64,000 nucleotides of DNA from Actinophytocola sp. (lineage in GTDB: Bacteria; Actinomycetota; Actinomycetes; Mycobacteriales; Pseudonocardiaceae), in assembly GCF_035634895.1 (NCBI RefSeq), contig NZ_DASQCC010000100.1, positions 333 through 64,332 of the forward strand, read 5' to 3'. Position 1 is the stretch's first letter. Each line of letters begins with the position of its first letter. A program made the position numbers and the translations under genes. This document shows, piece by piece, positions 55,049-64,000 of the stretch. The notes beneath the pieces were generated by a model. That model ran no database searches. It was not told the origin of the DNA and saw only the letters and a program-made list of their open reading frames with translations.

Positions 55049-56199
55049 GGAAGACAACGACCATCGGCGGCATCGTGGCCGCCGCACTGACCCTCGCCAT
55101 GGGGACGGCGCCCGCCTCGGCGGACTCCGCGCTCGCGCTGGCCAGGCCGACCGGCGACCGGCCGGTGGGCACCACGTCCCTGTACTTCAAGGACACCTCG
55201 CGGCCGGACCCGTGGGTGCCGACAGTGCCCTACCGGGAGCTGATGGCCTCCCTCTTCTACCCGACCGCCTCTTCCGACGGACCGAAGAAGCAGTTCATGT
55301 CGGAGGCGGAGGCAGCGGCCCTGTTCGAGGAGGCCGGTCTCACCGACATCGACCCGACCGTGATGACGACCGTCAGGACCGACGCCGTGGTCGACGCACG
55401 ACCGGTCGGGCACCACCTGCCCGTCGTCGTCCTGTCACCCGGCTTCAAGCGGTCGCGTGCCGAGCTGACCTCGCTGTCCGAGGACCTGGCGAGCCACGGT
55501 TACGTGGTCGTGCTGGTCGACCACACCTACGAGAACGTGGCCACCACGTTCCCGGACGGCCGCGTCACCGGGTGCGAGGCCTGCGGCAGCTACAACCTGG
55601 CCTTCTGGCGGAAGCTGACGCAGGGCCGGGCCGCGGACGTGTCGTTCGTGCTCGACGAGCTGACGCACTCGAGGTGGGCCAGGCTCATCGACCCGCACCG
55701 AATCGGCATGGCGGGCCACTCGGTCGGTGGCTCGAGCACCATCACCACGATGGTGGCCGACCCGCGGGTCAGGGCGGGGATCGACATCGACGGCACCACG
55801 GACGTTCCGCTGGCCGCGCCCGGGCTGTCCCGGCCGTTCATGTTCATGGGCCGGCAGAACCTGTACACCCCCGGCACCGGGGTCGAGTCCGACAGCTGGG
55901 ACCGCGACTGGCAGCGGCTGACCGGCTGGAAACGCTGGCTCACCGTGGCCGGCGTGGTGCATTCGTCGTTCACCGACCTCGGGTTGGTGGGTGAACAGCT
56001 CGGCCTCGACTTCGGCGCGCCCACGCCGGCGGCCCGCGGCCAGGCCATCACGGCGGCGTACGTCCGGGCGTTCTTCGACCAGCACCTGCGGGGCAGGCCG
56101 GCGCCGCTGATGTCGCGGCCGTCCGCCGACTACCCGGAGGTCATGTTCGCGCGGGCCTCGACGCCGCCCGATTGTCCGGAGGTCACGGGCCGCCGGTGA
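55045..56199 (+). CDS. secreted alpha/beta hydrolase, PAF-acetylhydrolase-like lipase (tandem paralog)
   Basis: ATG 55045 overlaps the upstream stop (ATGA). Signal peptide (GTAPASAD) and GMAGHSVGG. Long identical blocks with 53921-55048 (DTSRPDPWVP, VPYRELM, EDLASHGY, GLSRPFMFMG). Confidence 0.8.
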   Translation: MRKTTTIGGIVAAALTLAMGTAPASADSALALARPTGDRPVGTTSLYFKDTSRPDPWVPTVPYRELMASLFYPTASSDGPKKQFMSEAEAAALFEEAGLTDIDPTVMTTVRTDAVVDARPVGHHLPVVVLSPGFKRSRAELTSLSEDLASHGYVVVLVDHTYENVATTFPDGRVTGCEACGSYNLAFWRKLTQGRAADVSFVLDELTHSRWARLIDPHRIGMAGHSVGGSSTITTMVADPRVRAGIDIDGTTDVPLAAPGLSRPFMFMGRQNLYTPGTGVESDSWDRDWQRLTGWKRWLTVAGVVHSSFTDLGLVGEQLGLDFGAPTPAARGQAITAAYVRAFFDQHLRGRPAPLMSRPSADYPEVMFARASTPPDCPEVTGRR

Positions 56200-56298
56200 G
56201 CGGGCCGCCGGCTTCTGGACCGAGCGGCGCGGCGAGGGAGGTCGTCGGTTACCGGCCCGAACCGTCGGGCGGAGCGGGGCAGGGCCAGCACCGGGGGT

Positions 56299-56344
56299 AA
56301 ACGAAAGCGGCGCCACTCCACAGGGGGAGGGCGCCGCTTTCGTT
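56299..56344. terminator. bidirectional stem-loop between convergent lipase gene and clpB
   Basis: AAACGAAAGCGGCGCC / GGCGCCGCTTTCGTTT form a perfect 16-bp stem flanked by A- and T-runs. Confidence 0.75.
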
Positions 56345-56443
56345 TGTGCCATCTTCGAGTCGCGGTTTCGGGATGTGCACGAAACCGCAACTCGGGGTGT
56401 GTGCACGCGGGACTCGCTGTGTTTGAACGCGGGACTCGCGGGG

Positions 56444-59035
<2,592 letters not shown>

Positions 59036-59085
59036 GGGTCCCCTCGTGTGCGTGCTCGTACTCACTATGCACAACGTCAGCAAAG

Positions 59086-59105
59086 TTGAGTGTGTTCCGC
59101 TCAAG
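59086..59105 (-). promoter_or_regulatory. HspR operator (HAIR-like inverted repeat) upstream of clpB
   Basis: The minus strand reads CTTGAGC-GGAACAC-ACTCAA(C). The published HAIR consensus is CTTGAGT-N7-ACTCAAG. It lies 51-70 nt upstream of the clpB ATG. Confidence 0.75.
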
Positions 59106-59176
59106 TCCGACTTCGTCTTGGACTAGCGCAAGGTCACGATGCTCGGGTTCGCTCTCACCCACATGTCCTAGCAGGG

Positions 59177-59227
59177 TTGTCCACAGCAGGCACCTGGTTG
59201 TCCACAATCCCCAGGTGCCTATCCACA
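59177..59227 (+). repeat. three DnaA-box-like 9-mers phased at exactly 21 bp (TTGTCCACA, TTGTCCACA, CTATCCACA)
   Basis: The boxes start at 59177, 59198 and 59219. The middle box sits in the loop of a perfect 10-bp inverted repeat AGGCACCTGG/CCAGGTGCCT (59188-59197 / 59211-59220). Confidence 0.6.
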
Positions 59228-59243
59228 GGCTGTGTGCAAGATG

Positions 59244-59269
59244 CGTTCTGACAGCGTTCTGTCAGAACG
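59244..59269 (-). terminator. stem-loop downstream of the PNPOx-family gene
   Basis: CGTTCTGACA / TGTCAGAACG form a perfect 10-bp stem with a 6-nt loop, 36 nt after the stop at 59305. Confidence 0.5.
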
Positions 59270-59304
59270 ATCAACGAAAGTGCTACCGCCGATCGAGTGA
59301 ATGG

Positions 59305-60195
59305 TCAGCCCAGTAGTGAGTGACCGGCGGTCTGGCGAGCACGCACACCGAAGTAGTCGGCGCCCTTGCGCTTCATGTCGTCCGTGCCCCAGTCGCGTTC
59401 GCGGGGGACGGGTTCCAGGCGCGGGATGTGCTTGCGGCAGTGCACGTAAGTCTCCTCCACGTGCACGACCACCCAGCGTTCGGGGGTGCGGCCACGGTCC
59501 TGCGCCTTGGGCAGCGCGGGGTGCTCGGCACGCAGCTCGCGGTCGTCGATGATGCTCGCCCGGCCGTTGACGTGCAGGCCGATCAGGTCCCGTACGAAGT
59601 CGATCATCAGGACGGCGACGTGCGGGTTCTCGCTGATGTTGCCGAGGCTCGCGAGGACGCCGTTGCCGCGGTACTCCGGGTAGGCGATCCGCTTCGGGTC
59701 GAGGACGTGCAGGAAGCCGGGCGGCCCGGCACGAAAGCTGGAGTCGCACTCGCCTCCGGCGTCCGCGGTGCTGATGAAGGCCATCTCCATGCGCTCGACG
59801 AACTCGGCCATCTCCGGGTTGAGGTGGTCGAGCACCTGGTCGCGGTAGAAACGCTCGGCCCGCTCGGCGGTGCCGTAGGTCTGCTGGAGGAGACGCTCGC
59901 CGTCACAGCCAGGAAGGGTGGAGACTCCGCCGAACGGGTGAAATTCGATGGTCGGCGGGTCTACTGCGGGTATGTGTGCAGGGGCAGCGGGCTGCGGTGC
60001 GGGTTCGGCGGATGGTTCGGCGAACTCGAGGCTGTGCAGGGCCGCGTCGGCTACACCGGTGGGAGTCACCAGATCAGGACGCACGTCGGACACGTTTTCA
60101 TAACGGCGAGGTGAATGCGAGACCCGCCCCCGGCCTGTCGCCGAACGGGTCGCCCGATCGTCCGAAGGGGACGACTTTGCGTAGTGGTCCCTCAC
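59305..60195 (-). CDS. pyridoxamine 5'-phosphate oxidase family protein (start uncertain)
   Basis: The C-terminal ~200 aa (FISTADAGGECDSSFRAGPPGF, YRGNGVLASLGNI) look like a PNPOx-like split barrel. The first ~80 codons use many A/T-ending codons and may not be translated. Confidence 0.6.
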   Translation of the reverse strand: MRDHYAKSSPSDDRATRSATGRGRVSHSPRRYENVSDVRPDLVTPTGVADAALHSLEFAEPSAEPAPQPAAPAHIPAVDPPTIEFHPFGGVSTLPGCDGERLLQQTYGTAERAERFYRDQVLDHLNPEMAEFVERMEMAFISTADAGGECDSSFRAGPPGFLHVLDPKRIAYPEYRGNGVLASLGNISENPHVAVLMIDFVRDLIGLHVNGRASIIDDRELRAEHPALPKAQDRGRTPERWVVVHVEETYVHCRKHIPRLEPVPRERDWGTDDMKRKGADYFGVRARQTAGHSLLG

Positions 60196-60302
60196 ACGAA
60201 AGTGTCAGGAGGGCGGACAACCGGGGAGTTTCCGTCTAGGGTCCTGGTGTCGGGGACGGACGACGACCACGGTGGCGGGGCGTCTTCCCCGTACGCCGAG
60301 AG

Positions 60303-61496
60303 GTGGACTGTGTCCCGACCATGACAGCCAACGCCGTTGTGAGCCCATTACCGAGCCAGGACGGTCCTGCGACGACCGAGGGTCCCGTAGCGACCATGGT
60401 GCGCCTGGTACGCGAGAGCTTCGCGGTCGCGGAGCCGTACGCCGACAAGGTGGCCGAGCTTTTCTACGCCACCTTGTTCAGCATCGCGCCCGTGACCCGC
60501 GAGATGTTTCCCGTGAACATGGAGGTTCAGCGTTCGCGTCTGTTACGTGCCCTCGTCCACATCGTGCAGATGGTGGATCGCCCGGACGACCTCATGCCGT
60601 TCCTGCGGCAGCTCGGGCGTGACCACCGCAAGTTCGGCGTGATCACCGAGCACTACGAGGCCGTGGGGATGGCCCTGCTGTCGTCCGTCAAGGCCTACGC
60701 CCGTCCCGCGTGGACCGAGGACGTCGAGCGCGCGTGGGCGGAGGCCTACACGATCATGGCGCGGGCCATGCTGGAGGCGGCCAACTCCGAGAACGGCCCC
60801 TCGTGGTGGAACGGCATGGTCGTGGAGCGGCACCGCCTGGCCAGGGACCTCGCCGTGGTCCGGGTCCAACCGGACTACGCGGTGCCCTACCAGCCGGGCC
60901 AGTACGTGAGCGTCGAGGTGCCCCAACGCCCGCGCATGTGGCGTTACTTCACCCCGGCGACGGCCCCCCGCGAGGACGGCCTGCTGGAGTTCCACATCCG
61001 CACCGTCGACGGCGGCTGGGTGTCACGGGCGGTGGTGGGCCACGGGGAGATCGGCGACGTGTGGCGAATCGGGCCGCCGATGGGACGCCTGGCGGTGAAC
61101 AGGGAGTCCGGCCGCGACATCCTGATGGTCGCCGGCGGCACCGGCGTGGCCCCGATGCGCGCGATCATCGACCACCTGTCCCAGTGGGGCGAGAACCCGA
61201 ACGTCACGCTGTTCTTCGGCGGCCGCACCCGGGCCGACCTGTACGACCTGGAGAACCTCCAGGCGATGGCGGCGAGCAACCCGTGGCTGCGGGTCGTGCC
61301 GGTCCTGGAGGCGGAGGCACGGCCCAACATGGAACAGGGCACCCTGGCCGACGCGGTGACCCGCTATGGGGCGTGGGCGGATCACGACGTCCTGGTCTCG
61401 GGCTCACCGGGCATGGTCAGGTCGACGGTGTCGAGGATGCTGGTGGCGGGCACGGCCCTGGACCGCATCGTCTACGACCCGTTCACAGTGGACTGA
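60303..61496 (+). CDS. globin domain fused to FAD/NAD(P)-binding ferredoxin-reductase domain (flavohemoprotein-like oxidoreductase)
   Basis: N-terminal globin-like region (LGRDHRKFGV), then an FNR-like part (GQYVSVEV, GGTGVAPMRAI). ATG 60321 is an alternative start. Confidence 0.8.
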   Translation: MDCVPTMTANAVVSPLPSQDGPATTEGPVATMVRLVRESFAVAEPYADKVAELFYATLFSIAPVTREMFPVNMEVQRSRLLRALVHIVQMVDRPDDLMPFLRQLGRDHRKFGVITEHYEAVGMALLSSVKAYARPAWTEDVERAWAEAYTIMARAMLEAANSENGPSWWNGMVVERHRLARDLAVVRVQPDYAVPYQPGQYVSVEVPQRPRMWRYFTPATAPREDGLLEFHIRTVDGGWVSRAVVGHGEIGDVWRIGPPMGRLAVNRESGRDILMVAGGTGVAPMRAIIDHLSQWGENPNVTLFFGGRTRADLYDLENLQAMAASNPWLRVVPVLEAEARPNMEQGTLADAVTRYGAWADHDVLVSGSPGMVRSTVSRMLVAGTALDRIVYDPFTVD

Positions 61497-62013
61497 CCAC
61501 TCGCTCCATACACACCAGCCGGTCCCGCTCGTCCCACGGCTCCACGACTGCGAAGCCGAACCGCTCGTAGAGTGCGACGGCCCCGGCACGCCAGTCCCAC
61601 ACCGAGAGCCGCACCGTGCATCGGCCGGCATGCGCGAGGGCGGCGCGGAGCAGGCTGGTGGCGACGCCCCGGCCTCGGCACGCGGGGTCCGTCCACAGTC
61701 GCTTGATCTCCACTCGACCACCGACCGCGGCCGTGACCACCACACAGCCGACGGCGGTGTGGTCGTCGAGTGCCACCAGGACAGCGTCCCGGGCGAACGC
61801 GGCCCGCGGATCCAGGACCTCTGCCCGGTACCGGGCCGGCAGCTCGTGCACGCCGGTGACGACGTTGCCCTTCTCGGCCTCGGTCCGCAGGTGGTAGGCG
61901 GCCAGCAACCCGGCCAACCCGTCCTGGTCCGACCAGCGAACGACCCGCGAACTGGAGCTGATGAGGCACCTCCTCACGGAGCCCTGCGTCCACATGCGAA
62001 AGCGAGCCCCCAC
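61483..62013 (-). CDS. GNAT family N-acetyltransferase
   Basis: The RGRGVATSLLRAAL acetyl-CoA motif A and YERFGF are typical of GNAT. The start is uncertain. The 3' end overlaps the convergent gene by 14 nt. Confidence 0.8.
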   Translation of the reverse strand: MGARFRMWTQGSVRRCLISSSSRVVRWSDQDGLAGLLAAYHLRTEAEKGNVVTGVHELPARYRAEVLDPRAAFARDAVLVALDDHTAVGCVVVTAAVGGRVEIKRLWTDPACRGRGVATSLLRAALAHAGRCTVRLSVWDWRAGAVALYERFGFAVVEPWDERDRLVCMERVVSPL

Positions 62014-62058
62014 CGGCGCCGTCCCGGATGGACCGGCGCGGTGTCGGGGCTCGCTTTG

Positions 62059-62487
62059 CTATCTCTTGCGGGGTTTCCAGACCACCAGGGCCGTCTGCCG
62101 GGAGATCGGCACCAGCTCGTTCCGATAGGACCGGTGGATGGCCGCCGCGGCCTGTTCCGCCGCGGCATGGACCGCGGCCAGTTCTTCCGTCAGTTCGACA
62201 AGGCGCTCGCGCAGCGCGTCGACCTCACGTTCCAGTTCGATGATGCGTTTGATCCCCGCGAGGTTGACGCCCTGTTCCTGGGAGAGCCGCTGGACCTCGC
62301 GCAGGAGGGCGATGTCCCGCATCGAGTACCGGCGGCCACCGCCCGAGGTCCGGCCCGGGGACACCAGGCCCATGCGGTCGTAGCCGCGCAGGGTCTGGGC
62401 GTGCAGGCCGGACAGCTCGGCCGCCACCGAGATGACGAAGACCGGTGTGTCCTCGTCGGCCCCCGGGGGGAACGGAACGCCCTTCAT
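62059..62487 (-). CDS. hspR: heat-shock transcriptional repressor HspR (MerR family)
   Basis: MerR HTH VFVISVAAELSGLHAQTLRGYDRMGLVSPGRTSGGGRRYS. Lies directly downstream of dnaJ, as in the actinobacterial dnaK-grpE-dnaJ-hspR operon. Confidence 0.93.
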   Translation of the reverse strand: MKGVPFPPGADEDTPVFVISVAAELSGLHAQTLRGYDRMGLVSPGRTSGGGRRYSMRDIALLREVQRLSQEQGVNLAGIKRIIELEREVDALRERLVELTEELAAVHAAAEQAAAAIHRSYRNELVPISRQTALVVWKPRKR

Positions 62488-62490
62488 CGC

Positions 62491-63690
62491 CTAGCTCCGT
62501 TTCTCCAGCATCGCGGTCAGCTCGGGCCGGGGGTCCTGTCCGCCGGTCGCGGCGGCGTACGCCTCCAGCGCGGCCTTCGCGGAGTCGTCGAGCTTGGCCG
62601 GGACCGCCACCTGCAGTGTCACCAGCAGGTCACCGGTCTGGCCGTCGCGACGGACGATTCCCTTGCCACGCACGCGAAGTACCCGCCCGCTGGACGTGCC
62701 CTGCGGCACGCGCAACGTCACCTTGCCGTCCAGCGTCGGCACCTCGAGTGTGGTGCCGAGCGCCAGCTCGGAGAAGGTCACGGGCACCTTCAGTGTCAGA
62801 TCGTTGCCCGATCGGCCGAACACCGCGTGCGGGGTCACGTGCACGCGGACGTACAGGTCGCCGGCGTGGCCACCACCGTTGCCCGGCTCACCCTGGCCGG
62901 CCAGCCGGATCCGTTGGTCGTCGTCGACGCCCGCGGGGATCCGGACGGTCAGGGTCCGGGACTTCGTGCTCACCCCGTCGCCGCCGCACTCCGGACACGG
63001 GTCGTCGACGATCCGGCCCGTCCCACGGCAGTCGCGGCACGGCTCGCTGAACGCGAACGCGCCCTGCGAGCGGCTGACCAGACCGGCGCCCGCACACGTG
63101 GGACACGTGCGGGGCGTGGTGCCCGGCTTGGCGCCGGAACCCTTGCAGGTGTCGCAGGTGCTCGGGCTGGAAAGGCGCAACGGGACGGTCGCGCCCTTCA
63201 CCGCCTCCACGAAGTCGATGCGGACCTCGGTCTCCACGTCGGCGCCCCGCCGCGGCCGGTTGGCCGCCGTCTGGGCGCTGCCGCGGCGACCGAACAGGTT
63301 GCCGAGCAGGTCGCTGATCCCGCCACCGGCGGCGGCGCCGCCGGGCTGCTGCTGCCCGGCGAACAGGTCGCTGAAGTCGAAACCTCCGCCGCCGCTGCCG
63401 CTGCCGCTGCCCCCACCGAAACCACCGAAGCCGCCGGGACGGAACCCGCCGGAGCCGAAGAGCCGGCGGGCCTCGTCGTACTGCTTGCGCTTCTCCTGGT
63501 CGCCGAGCACGCCGTAGGCCTCCGACACGGACTTGAACCGCGCCTCCGCCTGGGTGTTGCCCGGGTTGGCGTCCGGGTGCAGCTCACGTGCGAGCTTCCG
63601 GTACGCCTTCTTGATCTCGGCCTCGCTCGCGTCGGACGAGACGCCCAACTCGCGGTAGAAGTCCTTGTCTATCCAGTCCCTAGCACTCAC
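62491..63690 (-). CDS. dnaJ: molecular chaperone DnaJ
   Basis: J-domain DFYRELGVSSDASEAEIKKAYRKLARELHPD, a G/F-rich region and four CxxCxGxG zinc-finger repeats. Confidence 0.97.
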   Translation of the reverse strand: MSARDWIDKDFYRELGVSSDASEAEIKKAYRKLARELHPDANPGNTQAEARFKSVSEAYGVLGDQEKRKQYDEARRLFGSGGFRPGGFGGFGGGSGSGSGGGGFDFSDLFAGQQQPGGAAAGGGISDLLGNLFGRRGSAQTAANRPRRGADVETEVRIDFVEAVKGATVPLRLSSPSTCDTCKGSGAKPGTTPRTCPTCAGAGLVSRSQGAFAFSEPCRDCRGTGRIVDDPCPECGGDGVSTKSRTLTVRIPAGVDDDQRIRLAGQGEPGNGGGHAGDLYVRVHVTPHAVFGRSGNDLTLKVPVTFSELALGTTLEVPTLDGKVTLRVPQGTSSGRVLRVRGKGIVRRDGQTGDLLVTLQVAVPAKLDDSAKAALEAYAAATGGQDPRPELTAMLEKRS

Positions 63691-63711
63691 CGGACGTCCC
63701 CTCCTCCCTGC

Positions 63712-64000
63712 TCAGTCCTTGTCAGCCGCGCCATCGGGATTGTTGGGGTCGTACCAGTCCTTCGAGGGCATCGACGGCTCCTCGTCGGCGGCCTCCTCGA
63801 CCACCACCGGCGCCGGCTCGTGGTCGGTGACCGCGACGAGCGCGGCCCGCACCACCCGGTCGCCGAAGCGGTAGCCGCGGCGTAGCACCGCGGTCACCGT
63901 CGGGCCCGTGACGTCCGGCGACGTGTCGTGCTGGACGGCCTCGTGCACGGCGGGGTCGAACTCCTCGCCCTCGTGCCCGAACGCCTCCAGCCCCGTGCGC
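63712..64000 (-). CDS. grpE: nucleotide exchange factor GrpE (C-terminal part; 5' end beyond window)
   Basis: The frame is open to base 64000. GEEFDPAVHEAVQHD is the conserved GrpE C-terminal motif. Position is upstream of dnaJ. Confidence 0.85.
   Translation of the reverse strand, partial: RTGLEAFGHEGEEFDPAVHEAVQHDTSPDVTGPTVTAVLRRGYRFGDRVVRAALVAVTDHEPAPVVVEEAADEEPSMPSKDWYDPNNPDGAADKD

Noticed and set aside
59177-59227. Interpreting the TTGTCCACA clusters (59.2 kb, 20.5 kb, 1.15 kb) as a replication origin.
   Set aside because: There is no dnaA/dnaN/gyrB context, each site has only 1-4 boxes, and there is no AT-rich unwinding element. Actinomycete oriC regions carry many more boxes. I treat them as regulatory or repeat motifs instead.

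Overview
This is a 64-kb window from a visibly very GC-rich actinomycete chromosome (GC not computed). I call about 69 protein-coding genes. I found no rRNA, tRNA, CRISPR array, transposase or integrase.

The backbone is conserved housekeeping: purB, purD, purA, class II fba with its DUF3151 partner, pyrE, clpB, and the 3' part of the dnaK operon (grpE-dnaJ-hspR). From memory, the gene order resembles the mycobacterial Rv0350-Rv0385 neighbourhood.

Accessory modules sit between these genes:
- Two paralogous SigE-type ECF sigma/membrane-partner pairs flank a TetR gene (6.1-9.4 kb). A third, lone ECF sigma lies at 34.3 kb.
- A MarR-MFS pair.
- A tightly packed six-gene operon of type VII secretion substrate-like genes (14.3-18.9 kb). 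It encodes a PE-like protein, a DUF3558 lipoprotein, a PPE-like protein, EspG, an EspC-like protein and a WXG-like::lytic-transglycosylase fusion. No ESX core genes occur in the window. This is the most interesting system here.
- A TAXI-TRAP transporter.
- A secreted DUF1524 nuclease.
- PhoD.
- nagA with a DasR-like operator.
- Two DedA paralogs.
- A WhiJ-like XRE / BldB-like DUF397 / SARP regulatory islet (45.4-47.3 kb).
- A GntR-ABC operon ending in two tandem secreted PAF-acetylhydrolase-like lipases (51.6-56.2 kb).

Non-coding structure not explained by genes:
- A mosaic family of short intergenic repeat modules recurs in at least five gaps. The modules are a C5-loop-G5 hairpin, CTACCGG, CACCGACAA, CGAAAGGGAC and DnaA-box-like T(G/A)TCCACA.
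- Three such boxes are phased at exactly 21 bp upstream of clpB, next to a good HspR operator.
- A 460-nt gene-free gap lies at 29.6-30.0 kb.
- Related GGACCCCC-type bidirectional terminator hairpins.
- An apparent frameshift in an IMPase/HisN-family gene.

All functional calls rest on motif recognition by eye. No database search was run.
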